From NCBI GenBank assembly GCA_947651825.1, contig CANTAQ010000007.1, forward strand, positions 2,446-66,445: a DNA stretch of 64,000 nt, read 5' to 3'. Source of the stretch: an uncultured Clostridium sp. (GTDB lineage: Bacteria; Bacillota; Clostridia; TANB77; CAG-508). The translations under genes were made by a program, and so were the position numbers. The notes under the pieces were generated by a model. The model had not been told where the DNA came from, did not search any database, and saw only the letters and a program-made list of their open reading frames with translations. This document shows positions 39,851 to 50,350 of this stretch, in pieces (position 1 is the stretch's first letter; each line of letters starts with the position of its first letter).

Positions 39851-41572
39851 ATGAAAAGGATGGATAAAGAGTTATATGAATATGTAGAAATTTCAGATTT
39901 GAAAGATATGTTAAATAAAACAAAAAAAATATATGAGGATAAACCAGCATACAAACTAAGAGGAGAAAAACCGGGAACATTTAATATTGTTACACACAAA
40001 GAAGTAAGAGAAATGGTGGATGCACTAGGAACTTCATTAATAAATATGGGATTAAAAGGAAAAAGAATTGCAGTAATAGGAGAAAACAGATATGAATGGG
40101 AAATAGCATATTTAGCAGTAGTTTGTGGAACAGGTATAGTTGCTCCAATGGATAAATCTTTACCTGAAAATGAATTGAAAAATTTAATAGAAAGATCTGG
40201 AGTAGAAGCTATAATTTATTCAGGAAAATATGAAGAAGAAATAAAAAGAATAAAAGAAGAAGGAATAGGAAAATTAAAATACTTTATTTCAATGGATTTA
40301 AAAGAAGAAAGTGATGGAATTTATTCAGAATTAGAATTAATAGAAAATGGAAAAAAACTCATAGCTAATGGAGATAGAGCTTTTATAGATGCAAAAATAG
40401 ATGTAGAAGAAATGAATATAATGCTATTTACATCAGGAACAACTGCAAAATCAAAAATAGTAGCATTATCACATAAAAATTTAGTGTCTAATTTAATGAG
40501 TACATCATCAGTATTAGATATAAATTCAAATGATACAATATTATCATTTTTACCATTACATCATGTTTATGAATGTACTGTAGGATTTTTACTTTCACTG
40601 TATAAAGGAGCACAAACGACATTTTGTGATGGAATAAGACATATTCTAGAAAATGTCAATGAATATCAAGTAACTGTGATGTCTTGTGTTCCAGCAATTT
40701 ATGAAAATATTTACAAAAACATAATGAAAAAAATAGAAAAAGAAGGAAAAACAAATCAAATAAATTTATTAGTTGAAAAATATAAAAATGCTAGTATGGA
40801 AGAAAAAAGAATGGTATTCAAAGAGATTCATGAAGTATTTGGTGGAAGAATGAAACTTATGCTAAGTGGAGCAGCAGCATTAAATAAAGAAGTTGCGGAA
40901 GGATTCTTTAATTTTGGAATAAATTTAGCACAAGGATATGGGCTAACAGAGACCTCTCCAGTCTTAACAGTTGAAACGAACAAATACAGAAAAGCAGGTT
41001 CAGTAGGAAAAACAATTCCACATGTTGAAGCTAAAATTATTGATATAAATAAAGAAGGAATAGGAGAATTAGTAGTAAAAGGTCCGAATATAATGCTTGG
41101 ATATTATGAAGATGAAAAAGCAACAAATGAAGTATTAAAAGATGGTTGGTTCTATACTGGAGATTTAGCAACTATAGATGATGAAGGATATATATTTATT
41201 TGTGGAAGAAAGAAAAATGTTATAGTCCTAAAAAATGGAAAAAACATATTCCCAGAAGAAATGGAATGCTTAGTAAACAAAATAGAAGGTGTAAAAGAGT
41301 CTTTTGTTTATGGAAAGGCAAAAGATACAGATAAAGATGATATTAGAATTAATGTAAAGATAGTATATGATGAAGAGATGGTTAAAAACGTATATGGAGT
41401 AAAAACAGACAAAGAAATATATGATTCAATATATGAACAAATAAAAAAGATAAATAAAACAATGCCACCATATAAAGCCATAAGAGGAATGATATTAACA
41501 GAAAATCCTTTGATAAAAACAACAACATCAAAAATAAAAAGACAAGAAGAGATAAAAACTATTGCCAGTTAA
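39851..41572 (+). CDS. Long-chain-fatty-acid-CoA ligase (AMP-binding family)
   Basis: LFTSGTTAKSK, GYGLTETSP, YTGDLA. The track start at 39809 lies inside the upstream terminator. Confidence 0.8.
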   Translation: MKRMDKELYEYVEISDLKDMLNKTKKIYEDKPAYKLRGEKPGTFNIVTHKEVREMVDALGTSLINMGLKGKRIAVIGENRYEWEIAYLAVVCGTGIVAPMDKSLPENELKNLIERSGVEAIIYSGKYEEEIKRIKEEGIGKLKYFISMDLKEESDGIYSELELIENGKKLIANGDRAFIDAKIDVEEMNIMLFTSGTTAKSKIVALSHKNLVSNLMSTSSVLDINSNDTILSFLPLHHVYECTVGFLLSLYKGAQTTFCDGIRHILENVNEYQVTVMSCVPAIYENIYKNIMKKIEKEGKTNQINLLVEKYKNASMEEKRMVFKEIHEVFGGRMKLMLSGAAALNKEVAEGFFNFGINLAQGYGLTETSPVLTVETNKYRKAGSVGKTIPHVEAKIIDINKEGIGELVVKGPNIMLGYYEDEKATNEVLKDGWFYTGDLATIDDEGYIFICGRKKNVIVLKNGKNIFPEEMECLVNKIEGVKESFVYGKAKDTDKDDIRINVKIVYDEEMVKNVYGVKTDKEIYDSIYEQIKKINKTMPPYKAIRGMILTENPLIKTTTSKIKRQEEIKTIAS

Positions 41573-41592
41573 TTTGAAATGGAGATATTAAA

Positions 41593-42156
41593 GTGGAGCT
41601 AAAAGGGCTAAAAACAAAAACTATAGGGAGAAATGTAATTTATTATAAAGTAATTGACTCTACTCAGCTAGAAGCATGGAGACTAAAAGATATTTCAAGT
41701 GGCAGTATAATTATCACAGATAGACAGACTAGTGGAAAAGGAACACATGGTAGAGCATGGCAGAAAAAACATGATAAGGATATAGCATTTTCTATAAAAA
41801 TAGATTTAGATTGTGATGTTAGTAAATTAAGCAATATAACACTAGACATAGCAAAAATTATAGTAAATGAGTTTCAAGATTTATACAATATAAAATTATA
41901 TATAAAAATTCCGAATGATATAACAGTAAATAATAAGAAAGTGGGAGGAATTTTAACAGAAACAAAGATAATAGGAAATACTGTAAAAGAAATGGTTATA
42001 GGGATAGGAATAAATCTTTGTAAACAAGAATTTGACGAAGATTTAAAAGATATAGCAACATCTATAGAAAACGAAGAAAATGTAGAAATAGATAGACTTG
42101 AAATTATAACAGAATTCTGTAATAGATTTGAAAATTTGATATTAGAAATTTATTAG
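41593..42156 (+). CDS. birA: Biotin-protein ligase (BirA catalytic domain, no HTH)
   Basis: TDRQTSGKGTHGRAW, KIPNDITVNNKKVGGILTE. GTG start. Confidence 0.75.
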   Translation: MELKGLKTKTIGRNVIYYKVIDSTQLEAWRLKDISSGSIIITDRQTSGKGTHGRAWQKKHDKDIAFSIKIDLDCDVSKLSNITLDIAKIIVNEFQDLYNIKLYIKIPNDITVNNKKVGGILTETKIIGNTVKEMVIGIGINLCKQEFDEDLKDIATSIENEENVEIDRLEIITEFCNRFENLILEIY

Positions 42157-42175
42157 AAAAATAGAGGGAGTTAAT

Positions 42176-43114
42176 ATGAAAATAGGATTTTTGTTTCCAG
42201 GACAGGGAGCACAACAAGTAGGAATGGGAAAAGATTTATATGAAAATTATAAAGAAGCAAAAGAAGTATATGATGAGGTTTCACAAATTACAGGAATAGA
42301 TATAAAGAAAATATCTTTTGAAGGACCAGAAGAGGTTTTAAATAAGACACAGTATACACAAATAGCTGTTTTAACAGAAAGTCTAGCAATAATAGCTATT
42401 TTGAAGAAACATAACATACAAGCAGAAATGTCAGCTGGTTTAAGTTTAGGAGAATATACAGCATTAATAGAAGATGGTGTTTTTGATTTTAAAGAGGGTA
42501 TTAAACTAGTACAAAAAAGAGGCGAAATAATGCAAAACCTAATACCAAAAGGAGATTGGAAAATGGCAGCAGTACTAGGATTAGAAGCGACAAAAGTGGA
42601 GGAAGTATGTAAACAAGTAAATGGTTTTGTAGTTCCCTCTAATTATAATACTATAGGTCAGACAGTTCTTTCAGGCGAAGAAGAATATGTTATTCAAGCA
42701 GGAGAATTAGCTAAACAAGCGGGAGCTAAAAAAATCAGTATTTTAAATACATCAGGACCATTTCATACAGCAAAATTAGAAGAATGTTCAAAGGCGTTAA
42801 AAGAGGAATTAAAGAAAGTGACAATTCATAAAAAACAGTCTAAAGTGCTAAAAAATATAGACGGAGTGAGATATGAAAAGGAAGATGACATTGTAGAAAT
42901 ACTAGGTAATCATATTATAAATCCAGTTAGATTTTCAAAAGATTTACAAGCAATGTATGATAATGGAATAGATACTTTTATTGAAATAAGTCCTAGAAGA
43001 AGTTTTAGTGGTTTTGTAAAAAGAATGAATTTTGAAAATCCAGTACAAATTAAAACTATAAATAGCATAGAAGCTTTAGAAGAAGTAATCAAGGAGGTAA
43101 CAGAAAATGAGTAA
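42176..43114 (+). CDS. fabD: Malonyl-CoA:ACP transacylase
   Basis: FLFPGQGAQ, GLSLGEY. Confidence 0.9.
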   Translation: MKIGFLFPGQGAQQVGMGKDLYENYKEAKEVYDEVSQITGIDIKKISFEGPEEVLNKTQYTQIAVLTESLAIIAILKKHNIQAEMSAGLSLGEYTALIEDGVFDFKEGIKLVQKRGEIMQNLIPKGDWKMAAVLGLEATKVEEVCKQVNGFVVPSNYNTIGQTVLSGEEEYVIQAGELAKQAGAKKISILNTSGPFHTAKLEECSKALKEELKKVTIHKKQSKVLKNIDGVRYEKEDDIVEILGNHIINPVRFSKDLQAMYDNGIDTFIEISPRRSFSGFVKRMNFENPVQIKTINSIEALEEVIKEVTENE

Positions 43115-43841
43115 AGTTGCATTAATTACAGGAGCAACAAGAGGAATAGGAAAACAAATAGCATTAACATTAGCTAAAGATGAATATGACATTATAATAA
43201 ATTATAGGAATGAAAATGATGAATTAAAAAGAACAATAGAAGAAATTGAAGGAAATAATGTAAAATGTGTTGCTGTTAAAGGTGATGTAAGTAACTTTGA
43301 AGACTGTGAGAAAATGATAAAAGAAGTTATAGAAAAGTTTGGAAGAATAGATGTTTTAGTAAACAATGCAGGAATTACAAAAGACACACTACTTATGAGA
43401 ATGACAAAAGAAGATTTTGAACAAGTAATAAATGTAAATCTTGTTGGAACATTTAACATGTCTAAAAATGTAATTCAATATATGATGAAACAAAGAAATG
43501 GAAGAATAATAAACATTTCATCAGTAGTAGGAATATCAGGAAATGCAGGTCAAACAAATTATGCAGCTTCTAAAGCTGGAATAATTGGATTTACAAAGAG
43601 TTTAGCAAAAGAAGTGGCAAGTAGAAATATATTAGTAAATGCAGTAGCTCCAGGATTTATTGAGACTGATATGACAGATGTATTAAAAGATGAAGTAAAA
43701 GACGCGATAGGAAAACAGATACCATTAAAAAGAATGGGAACACCTGAAGATGTTGCAAATGTTGTAAGCTTCCTAGCCTCAGAAAAAAGTAATTATATAA
43801 CTGGGCAGGTTATAAATATAGATGGCGGAATGCTTATGTAA
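43107..43841 (+). CDS. fabG: 3-oxoacyl-ACP reductase
   Basis: TGATRGIG, NNAGIT, YAASKAG. Confidence 0.9.
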   Translation: MSKVALITGATRGIGKQIALTLAKDEYDIIINYRNENDELKRTIEEIEGNNVKCVAVKGDVSNFEDCEKMIKEVIEKFGRIDVLVNNAGITKDTLLMRMTKEDFEQVINVNLVGTFNMSKNVIQYMMKQRNGRIINISSVVGISGNAGQTNYAASKAGIIGFTKSLAKEVASRNILVNAVAPGFIETDMTDVLKDEVKDAIGKQIPLKRMGTPEDVANVVSFLASEKSNYITGQVINIDGGMLM

Positions 43842-43916
43842 CAAATTTTTTAGTACTTGAAAGTTTACCCTATTTTAGGGTTCTTAAAATTAATGATAGT
43901 AGTGAAAGGATTAGAT

Positions 43917-45156
43917 ATGGAAAGAAGAGTTGTTATAACAGGTATGGGAGCTATTACTCCTATTGGGAATAACGTAGATGAAATGTGGAAGGGTATTGAA
44001 CAAAGTAAGTGTGGTATTGATGAGATGACTTTAATCGATAATTCTACTTTCAAAACTAAGTTAGCTGCAGAAGTAAAAAACTACAATCCAACAGATTATT
44101 TGGATTTAAAACAAACAAAAAGACTAGATAGATATACACAATTTGCTATAATTGCTGCAAGAGAAGCTTTTGTAGATAGTGGAATCACATCAGAAAATAC
44201 AAATTTAGAAAATGTTCGGAATATACATAAGTTCAGGAATAGGAGGATTAAAAACTATTCAGGAACAGTGTGAAGTAAACAAGGAAAAAGGCAATACGAG
44301 AATTTCTCCATTATTTATACCAATGTGTATTTCAAATATGGCTGCAGGTAATGTTTCTATAGATTTAGGATTAAAAGGTGAATCTATTGCAATAGTTACT
44401 GCTTGCGCATCTTCTACACATTCAATAGGAGAAGCCTATAGAACAATTAAACATGGATATGAAGATGCTATTATTGCAGGAGGTAGTGAAGCTGCGGTTT
44501 GTGAAGTTGGAATAGGTGGATTTGAAAATATGAAAGCGCTTTCAACAGTTGAAGATAAAACACGAGCAAGTATACCATTTGATAAAGAAAGAAGCGGTTT
44601 TGTGATGGGAGAAGGAGCTGCTATGCTTGTTTTGGAGGAATATGAACATGCTAAAAAAAGAGGTGCTAAAATATATGCAGAAGTTATAGGATATGGGGCA
44701 AGCACAGATGCATACCATATAACATCTCCATCACCAGATGGAAGCGGTGGAGCAAGGGCAATGCTAAGAGCAATAGAAGATGCGAATATAAAACCAGAAG
44801 AAATTGAATATATAAATGCACATGGAACATCTACACATTTAAATGATTTAACAGAAACAATGGCAATAAAAAACATATGGAAAGAAAACTATAAAAATGT
44901 AAAGGTAAGTTCTACTAAAGGAAATACAGGACATCTATTAGGAGCAGCAGGAGCAGTTGAGGCGGTTATAACTGTTAAAGCGCTACAAGAGGGTAAGATA
45001 CCACCAACAATAAATTATAAAGTGTCAGATGAAGAATGCGATTTGAATTTAGTAACAAATAAAATTATAGAAGAACCAATTAAAATAGCTATGTCTAACT
45101 CATTAGGCTTTGGAGGACACAATGCTAGTATCATAATCAAAAAATTTGATAAATAA
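43917..45156 (+). CDS. fabF: 3-oxoacyl-ACP synthase II, read across a CGG frame change at C44217
   Basis: MERRVVITGMG.. joins as ..NLENV|GIYISSGIGGL... Downstream TACASS, HGTST, GHLLGAAG. Confidence 0.85.
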
Positions 45157-45236
45157 AAGTCTACACGCTCTATATTGAGCTGTATAATATAATGAGATTC
45201 AATTATAAAAACAAACAAAATTGGAGTGATTTTAAA

Positions 45237-45680
45237 ATGGAGTATGAAAAGATTAAACAATTAATGGAAGATGTAGGTAATTCTAAATTAACATCTATAG
45301 ATATTGAATTTCCAGATGGTACAAAAATAAAAATGGAAAGGAATCAGCCTACTCAAGAAATTGTTAGCAAATTAAATAATATAAAAGAAGAAATAGAAGT
45401 AGAACATGAGATAAAAAGTTATCAAAATGAAAAAATAGAAACAGAAGGTCATATTGTAAAATCTCCTATGGTTGGAACTTTCTATATAAAACCAGCACCT
45501 GATGCAAGCCCTTATGTAGAAATTGGAAAAGAAGTAAAGAAAGGAAATGTACTTTGTATAGTGGAGGCAATGAAGCTAATGAATGAAATAGAATCAGAGT
45601 TTGATGGAAAAATTGCTGAGATTTATTTGAAAGATGGAGAAGCTGTAGAGTACGGGAAACCTTTATTCAAAATAATCTAA
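45237..45680 (+). CDS. accB: Biotin carboxyl carrier protein
   Basis: CIVEAMKLMNEIE biotinyl-Lys motif. Confidence 0.9.
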   Translation: MEYEKIKQLMEDVGNSKLTSIDIEFPDGTKIKMERNQPTQEIVSKLNNIKEEIEVEHEIKSYQNEKIETEGHIVKSPMVGTFYIKPAPDASPYVEIGKEVKKGNVLCIVEAMKLMNEIESEFDGKIAEIYLKDGEAVEYGKPLFKII

Positions 45681-45771
45681 AACTTATGTAGTTGAGATTG
45701 TTAATTTCTTGCTGAAGGAAGATTTAAAAATAAAGTGAATACAAATGCAAAAATAATAATATGGAGGAAGT

Positions 45772-46200
45772 ATGTTAGGTAGAGAAGAAATTGAAAAGGT
45801 AATACCTCAAAGAGATCCTTTTTTGATGATAGATGAAATAGAAGAATATGAGATAGGACAAAGTGCTGTTGCATATAAAAATGTAAAAGAAACAGAATGG
45901 TATTTTAAAGGCCATTTTCCTGGAAATCCAATTATGCCAGGTGTTTTGATAGCAGAGAGTTTGGCACAAACAGGAGCATTTGCAATATTATCATTAGAAG
46001 AAAATAGGGGAAAAAATGCTTTGTTTGGTGGAATAGATAAAATGAAATTTAAAAGAATGGTAGTTCCAGGAGATAGACTAAAATTAGAAGTAAAAATAAT
46101 AAAACAAAAAGGACCAATTGGAGTAGGAGAAGCATTGGCAACAGTAGATGGAAAGATTGCTGCTAAAGGAGAATTAACATTTGCATTGATTGATGCATAA
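45772..46200 (+). CDS. fabZ: 3-hydroxyacyl-ACP dehydratase
   Basis: [15 protein letters not shown]. Confidence 0.9.
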   Translation: MLGREEIEKVIPQRDPFLMIDEIEEYEIGQSAVAYKNVKETEWYFKGHFPGNPIMPGVLIAESLAQTGAFAILSLEENRGKNALFGGIDKMKFKRMVVPGDRLKLEVKIIKQKGPIGVGEALATVDGKIAAKGELTFALIDA

Positions 46201-46289
46201 TTACCATTTTATCTGTGTCAAATTTCCTTATGAACAAATCATATTAAGTGGAATATATACTAAGAGAACATAGAGGTGGAAAGTAAAAA

Positions 46290-47633
46290 ATGAACAAAAT
46301 ATTAATTGCAAACAGAGGAGAAATTGCTGTTAGAATAATAAGAGCATGTAAAGAAATGAATATAAAAACAGTTGCAGTATATTCAGAAGCAGATAAAGAT
46401 GCAATGCATACTCATTTAGCAGACGAAGCAATTTGCATAGGACCAGCACCAGCAAATAAAAGCTACTTAAATTTAAAAAATATAATAGAAGCAGCAAATA
46501 TAACTTGCGCAGATAGTATTCATCCAGGATTTGGATTTTTATCAGAAAATAGTAAGTTTGCTAAGATTTGTGAAGAATCAAATATAAAATTTATAGGACC
46601 ATCATATAAAGTAATGGAGCTTATGGGGAATAAATCAAATGCAAAAGCATTAATGAAATCTGCAGGAATACCTGTAATACCTGGTTCAGATGGAAAACTA
46701 AACGGAATAAGAGATGCAAAAAAGGTAGCAAATGAAATTGGATATCCTGTACTTCTTAAGGCAAGTAGCGGTGGTGGAGGAAAAGGAATTAGAAGAGTTA
46801 ATTCTGAAGAAGAATTAGAATCTAGTTATAATGTAGTAAAAAGAGAAGCAAAGGCAGCATTTTTTGATGACGAAATATATATGGAAAAATTAATAGAAAA
46901 TCCAAGACATATAGAAGTACAGATTTTAGCAGATGAACATGGAAATATTGTACATTTAGGAGAAAGAGATTGTACAATTCAAAGAAAAAATCAAAAAATA
47001 TTGGAAGAGAGCCCATCAATTGCAATTGATAATAAATTAAGAAGTAAAATGGGAGAAATGGCAATAAAAGCAGCTAAAGCAGCAGGATACACAAATGCTG
47101 GAACAATAGAATTTTTATTAGATGATAAAAAGAATTTTTACTTCATGGAGATGAATACAAGAATTCAAGTGGAACATCCAGTAACGGAAATGAATACTGG
47201 AATTGATATTGTAAAAGAACAAATCAAAATTTCAGCAGGAGAAAAATTAGATTTTAAAAAGAAGAATATTAATATTGAAGGGCATTCAATAGAATGTAGA
47301 ATTAATGCAGAAAATCCAAATAAAAACTTTATGCCATGTCCTGGAAAAATAACAGAGCTAAACTTCCCAGGAGGAAATGGAATAAGGATAGATTCAGCAA
47401 TTTACGAAGGTTATACTATTCCTGCTAATTATGATTCTATGATAGCAAAAATAATAGTACATGGAGCATCTAGAAATGAAGCAATTGCAAAGATGAAGCG
47501 CTCTTTAGAAGAACTTGTAATAGAAGGTGTAGATACAAATATAGACTTTTTATTTCAAATAATAAAAAATCCAGATTTTATAAGAGGTAATTACGATACA
47601 GCATTTATAGAAAAGGAAATTTTAAACAAGTAG
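46290..47633 (+). CDS. accC: Biotin carboxylase
   Basis: ILIANRGEIAVRIIRA, ATP-grasp GGGGKGIR. Confidence 0.95.
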   Translation: MNKILIANRGEIAVRIIRACKEMNIKTVAVYSEADKDAMHTHLADEAICIGPAPANKSYLNLKNIIEAANITCADSIHPGFGFLSENSKFAKICEESNIKFIGPSYKVMELMGNKSNAKALMKSAGIPVIPGSDGKLNGIRDAKKVANEIGYPVLLKASSGGGGKGIRRVNSEEELESSYNVVKREAKAAFFDDEIYMEKLIENPRHIEVQILADEHGNIVHLGERDCTIQRKNQKILEESPSIAIDNKLRSKMGEMAIKAAKAAGYTNAGTIEFLLDDKKNFYFMEMNTRIQVEHPVTEMNTGIDIVKEQIKISAGEKLDFKKKNINIEGHSIECRINAENPNKNFMPCPGKITELNFPGGNGIRIDSAIYEGYTIPANYDSMIAKIIVHGASRNEAIAKMKRSLEELVIEGVDTNIDFLFQIIKNPDFIRGNYDTAFIEKEILNK

Positions 47634-47660
47634 TGTAAAATAGCAGAAGGAGGTCAAAAG

Positions 47661-48509
47661 TTGGTAGTCGATAAAATAAAGAAACGTACAAATCCTAATA
47701 TAAAACCAAATAAAAAAGTTGATATACAAGTAGGAAAATGGATAAAATGTGATAATTGTAAAGAAATATTATACAAAGATACGATAAAGGAGAATGACAG
47801 TATATGTCCATTATGTAATCATTATTTCAGAATATCAAGTAATAGAAGAATTGAACAAATAGTAGACATTGGTACATATGAGGAATTTAAGATAAACATA
47901 GAAACTAAGAACCCTTTGAAATTAGATGAATATGAAATGAAATTAAAAATGGTAAGAGAAAAAACTGGATTAGATGAAGCTGTAAAATGCGGAACAGGAA
48001 AAATTAATGGAAATGATGCAGTTATTTGTATAATGGAGAGTAATTTTTTTATGGGAAGTATGGGAAGTGTTGTAGGAGAAAAGATAACATATTCCATAGA
48101 ACAAGCAATAAAACTAAAAATGCCATTAATAATTTTTTCAGTATCAGGTGGTGCTAGAATGCAAGAAGGGATAATATCATTGATGCAGATGGCTAAAACT
48201 TCTGCGGCATTGACTAAATTGGATGAAGCAGGATTATTATACATATCAGTATTAACAGACCCTACCTATGGAGGTGTTACTGCAAGTTTTGCAATGCTTG
48301 GAGATATAATACTTGCAGAACCTAGAGCAATGATAGGATTTGCAGGACCAAGAGTGATTGAACAAACAATAAAAGAAGAATTACCAGAAGGGTTTCAAAC
48401 AGCGGAATTTTTATTAGAACATGGATTTATAGACAAAATAGTAAAAAGAGAAGATATGAAAGAAACTTTGGCAAGAATAATAGAACTTCATAAAGGCGGT
48501 GACAAATAA
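47661..48509 (+). CDS. accD: Acetyl-CoA carboxylase carboxyltransferase beta
   Basis: Zinc ribbon CDNC..CPLC, carboxyltransferase body, TTG start after GGAGG. Confidence 0.9.
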   Translation: MVVDKIKKRTNPNIKPNKKVDIQVGKWIKCDNCKEILYKDTIKENDSICPLCNHYFRISSNRRIEQIVDIGTYEEFKINIETKNPLKLDEYEMKLKMVREKTGLDEAVKCGTGKINGNDAVICIMESNFFMGSMGSVVGEKITYSIEQAIKLKMPLIIFSVSGGARMQEGIISLMQMAKTSAALTKLDEAGLLYISVLTDPTYGGVTASFAMLGDIILAEPRAMIGFAGPRVIEQTIKEELPEGFQTAEFLLEHGFIDKIVKREDMKETLARIIELHKGGDK

Positions 48510-49317
48510 AATGAGTAAAAGCGAAGCTTGGGAAAAAGTAGAAATTGCAAGAAATCCAAATAGGAAAACAGCTTTAGATTATATAGAAAGTATATTTGAC
48601 AATTTCATAGAATTGCATGGAGATAGGTGTTTTGGAGATGACAAAGCAATGGTATGTGGGATAGGAAGCATTGGAAAACAGGGCTACACAATAATAGCAG
48701 AACAAAAGGGAAGAAGCACTAAAGAAAATATAGAGAGAAATTTCGGAATGCCAAATCCAGAAAGCTATAGGAAAGCAATAAGATTTATGAAACAAGCAGA
48801 AAAATTTAATAGACCAATAATAACTTTTGTAGACACTAAAGGAGCATATCCAGGAATTGGAGCAGAAGAGAGAGGGCAAGGAGAAGCTATCGCAAAAAGT
48901 ATGTTTGAGATGGCAAAACTTAAAGTACCAATTATAACTATTGTAATAGGAGAGGGATCAAGCGGAGGTGCTTTAGCAATAAGTGTTGCAAACAAAATTA
49001 TTATGCTAGAAAACTCAATATATTCAATATTATCACCAGAAGGATATGCGAGTATATTATGGAAAGATTCAAGTAGAGCAAAAGAAGCAGCAGAAGTAAT
49101 GAAATTAACAGCAAAAGACCTATATGAATTAAAAGTGATAGATAAAATAGTAAAAGAGACAGGAGGATTTGAAGAGACCGCTGTTAAATTAAATAAAGAA
49201 ATAGTAAAGAACATTAAAGAAATGCAAAAACAAACAAAAGAGGAAATTATAGAGCAAAGATATCAGAAATTTAGAAATATGGGAGAATATGAATTACAAA
49301 TCAAAGCAAATTCATAA
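48499..49317 (+). CDS. accA: Acetyl-CoA carboxylase carboxyltransferase alpha (alternative start ATG 48511)
   Basis: [30 protein letters not shown]. Confidence 0.9.
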   Translation: MTNKMSKSEAWEKVEIARNPNRKTALDYIESIFDNFIELHGDRCFGDDKAMVCGIGSIGKQGYTIIAEQKGRSTKENIERNFGMPNPESYRKAIRFMKQAEKFNRPIITFVDTKGAYPGIGAEERGQGEAIAKSMFEMAKLKVPIITIVIGEGSSGGALAISVANKIIMLENSIYSILSPEGYASILWKDSSRAKEAAEVMKLTAKDLYELKVIDKIVKETGGFEETAVKLNKEIVKNIKEMQKQTKEEIIEQRYQKFRNMGEYELQIKANS

Positions 49318-49389
49318 AGTCTGCTCCATATTGCTGAATATTAAATTCATATGGAACTGATATGAAAAAATTAGATAGGAGGACTTAAA

Positions 49390-50163
49390 ATGATTTTAAA
49401 TGGCAAGAAGATTTTAATAATGGGAATTAGAAATAAATGGAGTATTGCTTTTGGTATAGCAAAAGCAGCATATGAAAATGGTGCAAATTTAATTTTTACA
49501 TATATGGGAGAAGAGAATAAAGATAAAATAGAAGAACTTATAAAAGATTTCAAAGGTGCTAAAGCATATGTATGTGATGGAGCATCTGAAGATGAAGTGG
49601 TAAGGGAGACTTTTACTAAAATAAAAGAAGAGAATGGAAAAGTAGACGGAATAGTACATGCAATAGCACACGCAAATACAGAAGATTTGCATAATGATTT
49701 TATATATACAAGCAGAGAAGGTTTTAACCATGCAAATGATGTAAGTGCATATTCATTTGTATTAGTAGCAAGAATGGCAAAGGAATTAGATATGTTAAAT
49801 GAAAAAGCAAGTTTAGTAACATTAACATATCATGGTTCAACCAAAGTGTTAGAAGGTTATAATGTAATGGGAATAGCAAAAGCAGCATTAGAAGCGAGTG
49901 TACGATATTTAGCAGAAAATTTAGGTAAAGAAGATATAAGAGTAAATGCAGTATCAGCGGGACCAATAAAAACATTATCTGCAAAGGGAATAAAAAATTT
50001 TAGCTCAATTTTAGATGTAATCGAAGAAAAAGCACCATTACATAGAAATGTTACAATAGAACAAGTAGGAAATGTAGCAACATTCTTACTTAGTAGCATG
50101 TCTGATGCAATTACTGGTCAAGTAATTTATGCAGATAGTGGATATAACATAATGGGAATTTAA
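49390..50163 (+). CDS. fabI: Enoyl-ACP reductase (NADH), FabI type
   Basis: SDR fold, Y..M...K context YNVMGIAKAALE. Confidence 0.85.
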   Translation: MILNGKKILIMGIRNKWSIAFGIAKAAYENGANLIFTYMGEENKDKIEELIKDFKGAKAYVCDGASEDEVVRETFTKIKEENGKVDGIVHAIAHANTEDLHNDFIYTSREGFNHANDVSAYSFVLVARMAKELDMLNEKASLVTLTYHGSTKVLEGYNVMGIAKAALEASVRYLAENLGKEDIRVNAVSAGPIKTLSAKGIKNFSSILDVIEEKAPLHRNVTIEQVGNVATFLLSSMSDAITGQVIYADSGYNIMGI

Positions 50164-50189
50164 GATTTATTGATATTTATGATTATTAC

Positions 50190-50257
50190 AAACACATATA
50201 ATAAAATTTATTTAGCTCAATTGAACCAATTGCTTCATAATTTTATTATATGTGTTT
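50190..50257. terminator. 18-bp-arm inverted repeat after fabI
   Basis: AAACACATATAATAAAAT ... ATTTTATTATATGTGTTT with a 32-nt loop. Confidence 0.5.
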
Positions 50258-50350
50258 TAATAATATAGAATTTAAAAATTCTATAAATTTTAGTTGATTT
50301 AATTTTAAAATCTGATATAATTTTCTTTAGTTTAAGAAAGGTAGGAAACA

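Noticed and set aside
50190-50257. The 18-bp-arm inverted repeat after fabI as a mobile-element end or riboswitch.
   Set aside because: It is a single copy, sits at the end of the operon and is A+T-rich with a large loop. It is most simply a transcription terminator or attenuator-like hairpin.
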